Source of the DNA: Clostridiales bacterium UBA7568
Lineage (GTDB): Bacteria > Bacillota > Clostridia > Oscillospirales > CAG-272
Direction of reading: 5' to 3'
Assembly: GCA_002479075.1 (NCBI GenBank)
Contig: DLLG01000017.1
Span: 60,198 to 124,197, forward strand
DNA: 64,000 nucleotides
The translations under genes and the position numbers were made by a program. How positions within the stretch are numbered: the first letter of the stretch is position 1; the number at the start of each line of letters is the position of its first letter. A model generated the notes under the pieces. The model saw only the letters and a list, made by a program, of their open reading frames with translations. It did not search any database and was not told the origin of the DNA. Below, piece after piece: positions 40,041-48,837 of this stretch.

Positions 40041-42491
40041 ATGAAGCGAAAAATAATTCTGTCAATTGCGCTGGCATTATGCTTTATAGCGTGCATCGCA
40101 ACGCTTTGCATATCTGCGGCGAACAGCACAACGATTACAAGCAAAAACGGTCTTTATAAGTACACCGTCGGCGAGGACAAAAAAGCAACGATCGTTGCTT
40201 ATTCCGGCACGGACGAGACAGTACTGACGATAAGCCGCATAGACGGTAAATATCCCGTCGGGGCTATCGGAGACTCCGTTTTTGCGGGAAATACAAAGCT
40301 CAAGGAGGTTACGATATACTCCTCCGTAACCAAGATCGGTTCCGGCGCATTTATGGGTTGTACCTCCCTTGAAAAGGTCTCGTTTCACGGCGACTGCAAC
40401 ATAACCGAAATCGGAGGCGACGCTTTCTATTCCTGCGTCTCTCTCAAAGAATTCAAATTCTCAAAAAAGCTGGAAACCATCGGTAGCAGCGCATTTCAGG
40501 ATTGCTCCTCGCTTTCCCTTGATTTCTCGGAGGCGTCCGCGCTTTCCTCTGTCGGAAGCTATGCCTTTGCAAGCTGTGCAACGGCAAGCGGAAAAACGTT
40601 TACCGTTGAAATTCCCTCCTCGCTTACAGACATCGGCTACGGCGCATTTTACGGTTGCTCCGGCATAACGGGATTCTGGGTTGATAAAGGCAACACCGCC
40701 TTTTCTTCCGAGGACGGCGTTCTCTATTCGGACGGCGGCAAGCAGCTTGAGATGTTCCCCGCCGCAAAGGAGGCTCTCAGCGACGGTTGCTTTACGGTTC
40801 CCTCCGGCGTTGAAAAGATCGTCGGCGGAGCGTTTGCCGGCGCAACCACGCTCGAAAAGGTAGTCATCGGCGAGGGCGTAAAGGAAATCGGCGGAAACGC
40901 ATTTTATTCCTGCAAAAATCTGAAAGAGGTTTCTCTGCCCGAATCGCTTGAAACAATCGGCTCTTACGCATTCCTTGATTGCACCTCTCTCAAAAATATA
41001 ATCATTCCCGAAAACGCATTGAATATCGGCTCGTTTGTTTTCAGAGGCTGTCTCGGGCTCGAAACCGCATCTCTTCCGTCAAAGATGACGGAGATTCCGA
41101 TCGGTATGTTCGACTCCTGCACGACGATGAAAAAGATTACCCTGCCCGCGGGAATTACAAAAATATCTCAATACGCCTTCAACTATTGCACAAAGCTCAC
41201 AGATATAAACATTCCCAAAGGTCTGACAACCGTCGAGTCCTATGCGTTCAGATCCTGCATATCGCTCGAAAACATAAGTCTTGAAAACGTAACGTCTCTC
41301 GGCTCGTTCGTATTTCAGAACTGCTCGTCGCTTGAAAGCGTTTCGCTTCCGAAAATATCGGATATTCCGGCGTTTACCTTCTCCGGCTGCACCTTACTTA
41401 CAAACGTAACCTTTGCAAGCGAAATAAAATCAATCGGCGCTTACGCTTTCTTCTCCTGCGATGTTTTCGAAGGGCTTGAAATCACGCCTTCCGTCGTCTC
41501 AATCGGCGATTTCGCATTCGGAAAATGCGGAAACATAAAGAACGTCAGAATACCGAAAACCTTAAAGAATATCGGTATCGCCGTGTTCTATTCGTCCGGC
41601 GTTGAATCCGCTGTTATCGAAGACGGCTTCACCGCGGTTCCCCGCCGTATGTTCGAAGGCTGCAAGAAGCTCTCCTCCGTTACATTGCCGGACAGCATAG
41701 AGACAATATCCGCATCTGCATTTTCGGACTGCGTTTCTTTAAAGGACGTCGGCGAGTTGCCGAACCTGAAAAGAGTTGAAACCTGCGCATTCTCCGGCTG
41801 CCGCGAGCTGACAAGAGTTTATATCGGCTCTGAGGACACGACAATTACCTCCGGCACCTATTACGGTTGCGACGCGCTCACATCGGTCGTAATTCCAGCA
41901 AGAATCAAAAACGTTGAAGCTATGGCTTTTGCATATTGCACAAGCCTCACAACGGTAACATTTGAAGAAGGCACGGAGCATATTTCTTCAAATGCGTTTT
42001 CCGGTTGCACGAAGCTCGTAAAAATCTCTCTGCCGGAATCTCTGAATATAATCTCCTCCGGAGCGTTCTCCGGCTGCACAAAGCTCTCCGATCTCTCTGT
42101 TCCCAAGGGTGTTATATATATAGGAGACAACGCATTTGCTTCGACGAAATGGCTGATCGGCAAAAAGGATGATTTCGTTGTTGCCGGCGACGGCGTTCTT
42201 ATCAAATATCAGGGCAAGGAAACTCTGACGCTTGTCATTCCTTCGACGGTCAAACGTCTCCCGGCTTACTGCATTGCAGACGCAAGCGCCTCGATTTCAA
42301 CGATAATTATCCCGTCCAGCGTTGAATATATCGCAAAGGACGCTCTTGCAAGAAAGGTCCAGACGCAAAGCACAACAGGCGAAACCGTCACAAGCTACCG
42401 CATACGCTATGTGACGATATGCGCAAAGAAAGGCACATATGCGGAAGCCTTCTCTGACCACGATTATTATACCTTTGAAGAACTCAAATAA
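40041..42491 (+). CDS. Secreted BspA-type leucine-rich-repeat (LRR_5) protein
   Basis: Signal peptide, then more than 25 tandem ~23-aa units of the form I(P/G)..(V/L)..IG..AF..C..L. No sortase or choline-binding anchor seen. Confidence 0.8.
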   Translation: MKRKIILSIALALCFIACIATLCISAANSTTITSKNGLYKYTVGEDKKATIVAYSGTDETVLTISRIDGKYPVGAIGDSVFAGNTKLKEVTIYSSVTKIGSGAFMGCTSLEKVSFHGDCNITEIGGDAFYSCVSLKEFKFSKKLETIGSSAFQDCSSLSLDFSEASALSSVGSYAFASCATASGKTFTVEIPSSLTDIGYGAFYGCSGITGFWVDKGNTAFSSEDGVLYSDGGKQLEMFPAAKEALSDGCFTVPSGVEKIVGGAFAGATTLEKVVIGEGVKEIGGNAFYSCKNLKEVSLPESLETIGSYAFLDCTSLKNIIIPENALNIGSFVFRGCLGLETASLPSKMTEIPIGMFDSCTTMKKITLPAGITKISQYAFNYCTKLTDINIPKGLTTVESYAFRSCISLENISLENVTSLGSFVFQNCSSLESVSLPKISDIPAFTFSGCTLLTNVTFASEIKSIGAYAFFSCDVFEGLEITPSVVSIGDFAFGKCGNIKNVRIPKTLKNIGIAVFYSSGVESAVIEDGFTAVPRRMFEGCKKLSSVTLPDSIETISASAFSDCVSLKDVGELPNLKRVETCAFSGCRELTRVYIGSEDTTITSGTYYGCDALTSVVIPARIKNVEAMAFAYCTSLTTVTFEEGTEHISSNAFSGCTKLVKISLPESLNIISSGAFSGCTKLSDLSVPKGVIYIGDNAFASTKWLIGKKDDFVVAGDGVLIKYQGKETLTLVIPSTVKRLPAYCIADASASISTIIIPSSVEYIAKDALARKVQTQSTTGETVTSYRIRYVTICAKKGTYAEAFSDHDYYTFEELK

Positions 42492-42496
42492 CCTAA

Positions 42497-42526
42497 AAGC
42501 CCTCCCCTTCGGAGGGCTTTTTCTTA
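42497..42526 (+). terminator. Rho-independent terminator
   Basis: agccctcc...ggagggct followed by ttttc. Confidence 0.8.
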
Positions 42527-42610
42527 TGCGTTCCGAAAATCGGCGCGGCAACAGATCGTCCCCGCCGTTTTTTGTTTTTCAAAGAATTTTTTATTTTTTA
42601 GAAAAAAGTA

Positions 42611-42638
42611 TTGACAAATCCAAACTACTGAATATAAT
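42611..42638 (+). promoter_or_regulatory. Sigma-A-type promoter of the second PadR operon
   Basis: TTGACA, 16-nt spacer, TATAAT. Confidence 0.6.
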
Positions 42639-42687
42639 ACAATAGTGGATGATGACGAAATCATCAAAAGCGAAAGGAGCTGATAAT

Positions 42688-42996
42688 TTGAATACACAAT
42701 ATAAAAAAGGCGTGCTTGAGCTTTGCGTTATGGCTCTGCTGAAAAAGCGGGACTGCTATGGCTACGAAATTTCCGAAACGCTTTCAAAGCAGATAGACAT
42801 AGCGGACGGAACGGTTTACCCGATTCTGAGAAAGCTCAAGTCAGACGGACTTCTGACAACCTATCTTCAGGAGGAGAGCGGAGGACCGCCGAGAAAATAT
42901 TATTCGCTGACAAAACTCGGAAAAGAAACATTTGAAAACGATCTGCGTGATTATCTTCAGTTTGCGCAGGCAATAAAGAATATATTGGAGGACTGA
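42688..42996 (+). CDS. PadR family transcriptional regulator
   Basis: A TTG start at 42688 lies 8 nt after aaaggag (the ORF-track start is 42649). Signature CVMALLKKRDCYGYEI...GTVYPILRKL...RKYYSLT. Confidence 0.85.
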   Translation: MNTQYKKGVLELCVMALLKKRDCYGYEISETLSKQIDIADGTVYPILRKLKSDGLLTTYLQEESGGPPRKYYSLTKLGKETFENDLRDYLQFAQAIKNILED

Positions 42997-42999
42997 AAA

Positions 43000-43713
43000 A
43001 TGAGAAGAAACGAATTCATTGAAACTCTCAAAGAAAATCTCGAAAGAAACGGCGTCCGTGACACGGGCGACATAATCGAAGAATACGAAGAACATTTTAC
43101 ATTCAAGCTTGCGGACGGATATTCGGAGGAGGAGATCGCCGCAAAGCTCGGTAACCCGAAAGCCATAGCCGCGCAGTATGCTCCCTCCCCCGCGGAAAGC
43201 AAAAAGAAAAATAAAGCGCTCGCGACGATCGGCGTCGGCGTTCTGGACTTCTTCTTCGGAATTTTCTGCATCCTGCTCTTTGCCTGGGAAATCATCGTCG
43301 CTGCTTTGACGCTCGCCTTCGGCGCGACTTCCGTATGTATGTTTATGGGCGGCAACATTGCAGGGGTGTCCCTTCCCGAAATGCCATATTATTGCGCCTG
43401 CATTTTCGGCGTAATGTTTATCGCTCTCGCCGTGCTCTCCGCGGTCGGAACGGTGTTTTTCTTCGGATTTATGCGTCAGCTTGTACGTTCATACAGCAGA
43501 TTCGTAAAAAATACACTCGGCAAAACGGCGCTCCCTCCCGTAACGGTTTATCCGCAGTTCTCCGCAAAGGTCAAGCGCACAATGCGCAGCATAGCGCTCA
43601 TCTCCGTAACGGCTTTTGCACTTCTTCTCATAGTCGGCTTTGCGGTTTCTGCGCTCTCCGCAGGATCATTTGAATTCTGGCACGTCTGGGACTGGTTCGA
43701 TTATAACGCATAA
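43000..43713 (+). CDS. DUF1700-like membrane protein (PadR-associated)
   Basis: N-terminal helical domain MRRNEFIETLKENLERNGV...EEIAAKLGNPKAIA followed by 4 TM segments. Confidence 0.7.
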   Translation: MRRNEFIETLKENLERNGVRDTGDIIEEYEEHFTFKLADGYSEEEIAAKLGNPKAIAAQYAPSPAESKKKNKALATIGVGVLDFFFGIFCILLFAWEIIVAALTLAFGATSVCMFMGGNIAGVSLPEMPYYCACIFGVMFIALAVLSAVGTVFFFGFMRQLVRSYSRFVKNTLGKTALPPVTVYPQFSAKVKRTMRSIALISVTAFALLLIVGFAVSALSAGSFEFWHVWDWFDYNA

Positions 43714-43728
43714 AAGAAAGGTTTTGTT

Positions 43729-44445
43729 ATGGACTGGCTTAATATAACTGCTCTGCTTCTGTTTATAATTGTAAACATCGCCGCATATACCGTCGGCAAA
43801 ATGTCCGAGGCAATGAGCGAAAAGCTCGTCCGCGCCCTGTCGCTCATCCTCCTGTGCGGAAATCTTTTGAGATATGTCGTCATTTATCCTCTGTTTTACC
43901 ACGTTATAAAGATTCCCGCGGAGTTTTCAACGCTCGCATATTTCATCGCCCCGCTGATACTTCTCTCCCGCTGGGAGAAAATAAATTGCTGGGCTGCATA
44001 TTCTTCGCTTATGGCGGGCTTTTTCTACTATATGACGATGATAGTTGCGGGGGAAACCATATACGGTGCCTCCTCGCGTACGGACACGGCAATCTCCCTT
44101 CTCTGTCACGGAACGCTTTATTTCTGCGGTTTTGTAACCATTACAAAAAAGCAATATGACCCCCGCGACGTATGGAAGCTGCTCGTCGGCATAGGCTATG
44201 TTATAATAAGGGCGAAAATGCTCCGCCCGATTGTCGCTGACGGAAACGGTATGCTTATATATCTGCTACTCGACGCCGTGCCGATAAAGCGTTTTCTCCC
44301 CGAGGAGACCTGGAAGGCTGTCGTTCCGATATATTATTCCGCAGTCATTCTCTTTCTTCTGGTAACGGCACTTTGCTTCTTCCATATAAGCGAAAGACAG
44401 TATAAAAAATTTTCACATCTCAGAAATTCGGAGAAAAAAGCATAG
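43729..44445 (+). CDS. Polytopic membrane protein (hypothetical, ~7 TM)
   Basis: Third gene of the PadR operon. No family recognised. Confidence 0.5.
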   Translation: MDWLNITALLLFIIVNIAAYTVGKMSEAMSEKLVRALSLILLCGNLLRYVVIYPLFYHVIKIPAEFSTLAYFIAPLILLSRWEKINCWAAYSSLMAGFFYYMTMIVAGETIYGASSRTDTAISLLCHGTLYFCGFVTITKKQYDPRDVWKLLVGIGYVIIRAKMLRPIVADGNGMLIYLLLDAVPIKRFLPEETWKAVVPIYYSAVILFLLVTALCFFHISERQYKKFSHLRNSEKKA

Positions 44446-44450
44446 ACATT

Positions 44451-44480
44451 AAAAAAACGCCCCAAAAGGGCGTTTTTGCT
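44451..44480. terminator. Bidirectional rho-independent terminator
   Basis: aacgccc-caaaa-gggcgtt, flanked by an A-run and a T-run, between convergent genes. Confidence 0.8.
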
Positions 44481-44789
44481 TTATATCTCCCAAATATTTT
44501 TCTTTATATCAACGTTACCTCCCGGAAGAAATGTTACCCCTTCCGCAAGCAAAAGCTCTCTCTGCTCTCTCCATCCCGGAACAAGTCTTCCGCAGGAGCT
44601 AACAACCCTGTGGCAAGGATAGCTGCCGTAAAAATCCGCCATACTCATCACCTTTCCGACAAGCCTTGAATTCCTGTCCCTGCCGATGAGCCTTGCGATC
44701 TGCCCGTAAGTTGCAACCTTGCCCTCCGGAATCTCTTCAACAACTGATAATATCTCATATATCAGCCGTTCGTTCAGTATTTTCCCCAT
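44481..44789 (-). CDS. MGMT-family protein (stand-alone methylated-DNA--protein-cysteine methyltransferase DNA-binding/active-site domain)
   Basis: IPEGKVATYGQIA helix-turn-helix and PCHRV active-site motif. Confidence 0.8.
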   Translation of the reverse strand: MGKILNERLIYEILSVVEEIPEGKVATYGQIARLIGRDRNSRLVGKVMSMADFYGSYPCHRVVSSCGRLVPGWREQRELLLAEGVTFLPGGNVDIKKNIWEI

Positions 44790-44827
44790 ACTCTCCTCCG
44801 TTATATCCGCTTCCCGCCGCTTTTGTC

Positions 44828-44904
44828 TTTTATTTTATCATAAACCAAAGCAAAAATCCATATGAACACAAAAAACGAACGGCAAGCCGTTCGTTTTTGA
44901 TTTG
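44828..44904. repeat. Left copy of ~77-bp direct repeat (terminator hairpin + -10 region)
   Basis: A 36-bp core at 44869..44904 (caaaaaacgaacggcaagccgttcgtttttgatttg) and a 15-bp core at 44828..44842 (ttttattttatcata) are identical to 46145..46180 and 46103..46117. The ~26 nt between the cores is diverged. Confidence 0.9.
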
Positions 44905-44966
44905 AATCTCCCGAAATGAGCCTTTCAGGACAGTTTTTTAATACCTCGCTATTTCTCTGCGAGCTG

Positions 44967-45884
44967 TCAGCTATCCAACTTGTTTCTTATGTCTTTAATC
45001 GTATCTCGGGTTTCCTCCGCAGCCTTGCGACGGCGTTCCGCTTCTTCGATGAGCCTGCGGCTTGTCTCTCGTCGCTCCTCGAGCCGTCTTTCCTCCTCGA
45101 ATCGGCGTATGTTCTCTCTTGAACGTTCTCTGCTCTCAACGACATACAAATTTATCGCTTCTTTTATGCTGTCCGCACGCATATCGCGTATGTATTCCGT
45201 AATTCTGTCAACCGCGTCGAAATATTTGTATTTTTCGGGCAGAATATCATATTCGGCTATAACCAGGTTCACTTCGGCAAGCTCGCGTTCCTGCTTTTCT
45301 ATCACAGGAAGGGCTGCCGCCTGCTTTAGCGACATTTCGTTTGCGTAATTCACCTGTTTTTCGTATTGGTTTTCAAGGTCTTTATTATATTCCCGGAGGC
45401 GTGCCGCCTTATGCTTTTTTAAGTATCGCTTACCTCTGCTTTTGTCTATAGAAGCTGTAATATTATCTAATATAGCACCGATAAGAGAAACCGCAAAAAA
45501 CGAAACAAAGCCTGCAATGACAAACGCAAGAATCAGGTCAATAACAAACATAATGATAAATGCCGTTGATGCCCCCCAATGCATCATCATCAGTACCGTA
45601 GATACAATTGCCGAAACAATCATTAAGACGTAATATAACGCTGAACCCATAAATTTTTTTATATTCTTCGGCTTATGCTTTTCATCATATTTCGCCAGAT
45701 TAGTATCCTTATCCCCTGCTTCCTCCGGCGCAACGTCACATTCTTTTCTTATCGGCTTTTTGCTCCCTTTCCGATATTCCTCTTCCCGCTTTCTCAAATC
45801 GTCAAGCGACGCTTCCAGCTTCCTCTGCCTTGAAAGGCTTTGCCTGAAATTCTGCAATGACGCAACCAAACTTCCTCTGTCCAT
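44967..45884 (-). CDS. Hypothetical coiled-coil / 2-3 TM / coiled-coil membrane protein
   Basis: The ATG at 45884 follows ggaggg. Charged heptad-like N- and C-terminal regions flank a hydrophobic core (ALYYVLMIVSAIVSTVLMMM...FVIAGFVSFFAVSLIGAIL). No family recognised. Confidence 0.6.
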   Translation of the reverse strand: MDRGSLVASLQNFRQSLSRQRKLEASLDDLRKREEEYRKGSKKPIRKECDVAPEEAGDKDTNLAKYDEKHKPKNIKKFMGSALYYVLMIVSAIVSTVLMMMHWGASTAFIIMFVIDLILAFVIAGFVSFFAVSLIGAILDNITASIDKSRGKRYLKKHKAARLREYNKDLENQYEKQVNYANEMSLKQAAALPVIEKQERELAEVNLVIAEYDILPEKYKYFDAVDRITEYIRDMRADSIKEAINLYVVESRERSRENIRRFEEERRLEERRETSRRLIEEAERRRKAAEETRDTIKDIRNKLDS

Positions 45885-45918
45885 ATCTTTCCCTCCGCTT
45901 GATAAAATTTTGATAAAA

Positions 45919-45948
45919 TAAAAAAGTGCGTGACTTGAAGCCACGCAC
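45919..45948 (-). terminator. Intrinsic terminator inside the 5' leader of the 44967..45884 gene
   Basis: On the minus strand: gtgcgtg-gcttcaagt-cacgcac followed by tttttt. It sits 35 nt upstream of the RBS. Confidence 0.65.
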
Positions 45949-46102
45949 AAAAAACGCACGCTCCAAGTTACCACACAACATTTTATAGCCGGTTGCCGAG
46001 CAAAAAGCATACAAAAAGGGAGCATACATTTTTATCAAATTAAAAATGTATACTTTTCGCACTGTCATATCGGCATAAAAACGCTATTCTGTTGTGTGGT
46101 AA
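45949..46102 (-). promoter_or_regulatory. Structured 5' leader (candidate riboswitch or attenuator aptamer domain)
   Basis: A 13-nt closing helix pairs ttaccacacaaca (46090..46102) with tgttgtgtggtaa (45968..45980). It encloses the nested helices atagc/gctat and tgccga/tcggca, and a 10-bp hairpin atacattttt/aaaaatgtat. Confidence 0.5.
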
Positions 46103-46180
46103 TTTTATTTTATCATACGCCGGAAAGGTTGTCAATCCCGAACGCAAAAAACGAACGGCAAGCCGTTCGTTTTTGATTTG
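46103..46180. repeat. Right copy of ~78-bp direct repeat (terminator of the ABC importer operon + -10 region)
   Basis: See the left copy at 44828..44904. The hairpin acgaacgg-caag-ccgttcgt has T-runs on both strands. Confidence 0.9.
46107..46135 (-). promoter_or_regulatory. Sigma-A-type promoter of the inserted cassette
   Basis: On the minus strand: TTGACA, 17-nt spacer, TAAAAT, with an upstream TG. Confidence 0.6.
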
Positions 46181-46181
46181 C

Positions 46182-46916
46182 TTATTTTTCAAAATATCTT
46201 GAAAGGAATTCCTTCGTGCGTTCCTTTTTCGGATTGCCGAAAATCTCTGCGGGAGTACCCTCCTCCTCGATATACCCGCCGTCCATAAAAATAACGCGGC
46301 TTGAAACATCGCGGGCAAACGCCATTTCGTGTGTCACGACTATCATCGTAAGTCCGTCGGCGGCAAGCGACTTCATAACCGAAAGCACCTCTCCGACCAT
46401 CTCCGGATCAAGAGCGGACGTCGGTTCGTCAAAGAGAATGACCTCCGGCTCCATACAGAGCGCGCGAGCTATTGCGACCCGCTGCTTCTGTCCGCCGGAA
46501 AGCTGGCGGGGCTTCGCATTCTTATACGCCGCCATACCGACCTTAGAAAGATACTCCTCCGCTCTCTTCTCAGCCTCTGCTTTTGAAAGCCCGAGCACCT
46601 TCTCGGCACCGATTGTACAGTTGCGGAAAGCCGTCATATTATTGAAAAGATTAAAGCTCTGGAAAACCATCGTTACCTTCGAGCGATAGTCCGTAAGGGA
46701 GACATCCTTGCCGCGGACATCCTTGCCGTGAAAAAGAATTTCGCCGCCCGTCGGCGTTTCGAGCAGATTTATGCAACGGAGCATCGTGCTCTTTCCCGAG
46801 CCGGAAGGGCCGATAACGCTTATAACGTCGCCCTGACCGACAGAAAACGAAATGTCGTGCAGAACGTCGTTTGCTCCGAAGGACTTTTTCAGATGAGAAA
46901 CTTCAATCAAAGACAT
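46182..46916 (-). CDS. Amino-acid ABC transporter ATP-binding protein (GlnQ-type)
   Basis: Walker [10 protein letters not shown], signature [15 protein letters not shown], Walker [12 protein letters not shown]. Confidence 0.93.
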   Translation of the reverse strand: MSLIEVSHLKKSFGANDVLHDISFSVGQGDVISVIGPSGSGKSTMLRCINLLETPTGGEILFHGKDVRGKDVSLTDYRSKVTMVFQSFNLFNNMTAFRNCTIGAEKVLGLSKAEAEKRAEEYLSKVGMAAYKNAKPRQLSGGQKQRVAIARALCMEPEVILFDEPTSALDPEMVGEVLSVMKSLAADGLTMIVVTHEMAFARDVSSRVIFMDGGYIEEEGTPAEIFGNPKKERTKEFLSRYFEK

Positions 46917-46917
46917 A

Positions 46918-47682
46918 TCATTTTCCCTCCCCGCGAGCATTTATCTGCGATTTGAAATCCGTCTGCGAGCCGCAGACGACATATGAGTCGTCCCCGTCCA
47001 TCTTCTTTTCGAGAAGGCGGAGAATTCTTGTGACGGTGAACGTGAGAATGAAATAAATCACGGCACACATCACATATGAAGGAACAAACTGCGCATAAGC
47101 GCCGCCTGCCTGATTTGCGGCAAACATCAGCTCCGTTATGGAAATGACGCTGAGAACGGAGCTGTCCTTTATGTTGACGACGAATTCATTGCCGATCGAA
47201 GGCATTATGTTTCTTATCGCCTGCGGCAAAATGACGTAAAACATCGTCTTGAAATGCGACATACCGATTGCGTGCGCGCCTTCGAACTGCCCCTTATCAA
47301 CGGAAATGATACCGCCGCGAACAATCTCCGCCATATATGCGCCGGTGTTGACGGAAATGATTATTATCGCAGAGACCATCGGTGCAACGTTCAGCGGAAC
47401 GAAGAGGCTGTAATAAATAATAAGCGCCTGAACCATCATCGGCGTACCGCGGACAACTTCAACGTAAACGGAGAAAATTGCGTTCACGACCTTCAGCGCT
47501 GCCTTCTTTGCACCGCTGTCGCCGTCCTTTATCGGCACCGTTCTGATGATCGCAATAATGAGACCGATGAGAAAACCCGCAACCGTGCCGATTATCGCCA
47601 TCAGCAGTGTGTTTCCCGTGCCGCGGAGAAAGCTGCGCCAGTATTCGGAAAATATCTTTACTACCCAATCAAAAAACGACAT
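46918..47682 (-). CDS. Amino-acid ABC transporter permease (HisM/GlnP-type)
   Basis: Polar-amino-acid permease signature EIVRGGI.SV..GQ.EGA.A.GMS. Confidence 0.9.
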   Translation of the reverse strand: MSFFDWVVKIFSEYWRSFLRGTGNTLLMAIIGTVAGFLIGLIIAIIRTVPIKDGDSGAKKAALKVVNAIFSVYVEVVRGTPMMVQALIIYYSLFVPLNVAPMVSAIIIISVNTGAYMAEIVRGGIISVDKGQFEGAHAIGMSHFKTMFYVILPQAIRNIMPSIGNEFVVNIKDSSVLSVISITELMFAANQAGGAYAQFVPSYVMCAVIYFILTFTVTRILRLLEKKMDGDDSYVVCGSQTDFKSQINARGEGK

Positions 47683-47700
47683 TGTATTCCGCTCTTTCTA

Positions 47701-48555
47701 TCAGTTGTTTACAGGCTGACGGAGGATCGCCGCCGTCATCATTTCTTCCTTTTCCTCTTTTGAAACGGAAGCGAGAATCTTGTTTATCTCCGCCGTAAGA
47801 GAGCTGTTCTTTCTGACGCCAACAGCGATAGACGCTTCCGTCGGGTCATAGGTAAAGCCGTTTTCCTTTGTGAATTCAATGTATGTAAATTCGGGGTTTG
47901 CGGCAACTGCGGAGATCGCTCCCGGCTTTTCGCAGACGTATCCGTCTATCTTGCCCGAACGGAGCGACTGGATAAGCCCTGCGAACTCTTCAAGAGCCGT
48001 CTGCTTGTTTACACCCTCTATCTGGTCGATAACGTCATAATGGAAGGTATTGAGCTGACCCGTTATCTTTGCGCCGGAAAAATCGGAGATCTTTGTTGCG
48101 GAGACGTATGCCGAATCCTTTCTGATAACCATAACAAGGTCGCTGTCATAATATGTGTCCGTAAAATCTATGGAGAGTTTTCTGTCCTCTGTCGGGCTCA
48201 TACCTGCGATAATAAGGTCGATCTGCTTGCTGTTGAGCGCACTTGTAAGTCCGTTCCATTTGATCGGCTTTATAACAAGCTCGACTCCGAGCGCATCGGC
48301 TATCTTCTTTGCCATCTGAACGTCATAACCGTCTGCATATGTTCCGCTTTCGAGACGGACGGATGCATATTCGTTTGACGTTGCCTGCGCCCAGTTGTAG
48401 GGAGCGTATGCACATTCCATACCGACAATTATCGTTCCTCTTGCCTTGACCTCTTCAAGGTCATTTTCTCCCGTTTTGCTCCCGCAGGAAGCGACGGCAA
48501 GCAGAACTCCGAAAACCATAACGGTTGCAAGTAAGATGCTCAAAAATCTTTTCAT
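47701..48555 (-). CDS. Amino-acid ABC transporter substrate-binding lipoprotein (predicted lysine-related)
   Basis: Lipobox LAVASC and an SBP_bac_3-like fold. It is the first gene downstream of the L-box. Confidence 0.85.
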   Translation of the reverse strand: MKRFLSILLATVMVFGVLLAVASCGSKTGENDLEEVKARGTIIVGMECAYAPYNWAQATSNEYASVRLESGTYADGYDVQMAKKIADALGVELVIKPIKWNGLTSALNSKQIDLIIAGMSPTEDRKLSIDFTDTYYDSDLVMVIRKDSAYVSATKISDFSGAKITGQLNTFHYDVIDQIEGVNKQTALEEFAGLIQSLRSGKIDGYVCEKPGAISAVAANPEFTYIEFTKENGFTYDPTEASIAVGVRKNSSLTAEINKILASVSKEEKEEMMTAAILRQPVNN

Positions 48556-48594
48556 TTTGTTTTCTCCTTTGAGAAATTTAATTTAATTCTGAAA

Positions 48595-48806
48595 CGAAAA
48601 AATCGCGGTGACAACCATCACTGCGACAAATAATAAAATCAAGTCCCGCGATAGCTCTCCACCTAAGTGACAGTACGGCAGATATTATCTGCAATACCGG
48701 TTTACACGGCAAAATCCGTACCGTATACCCTCGGCAGTGTTCCCTTTCGCACGGAAGCGGATACTTCTCGTTCGTGTTAATCATAAACACCGCGCCTCTA
48801 CCTAAA
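48595..48806 (-). promoter_or_regulatory. Lysine riboswitch (L-box) with terminator expression platform
   Basis: The minus strand reads GUAGAGGCGC...GAGAAGUA...GAAAGGGAA...GCCGAGGG...ACUGUCAC...GGUGGAGAGCU. This matches the conserved L-box blocks seen in B. subtilis lysC and T. maritima. A terminator follows: tcgcagtga-tggttg-tcaccgcga plus T6 (48595..48627). Confidence 0.85.
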
Positions 48807-48837
48807 AAACGATATTCTGTTTTGAAATCATACGGGA

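Noticed and set aside
45949-46102. Possible T-box leader, because of the GUGUGGUAAC-like sequence before a terminator.
   Set aside because: The leader has no specifier-loop / AGAGA / distal-loop architecture and matches the T-box consensus (GGGUGGNACCGCG) poorly. The downstream gene is also not related to amino-acid metabolism.
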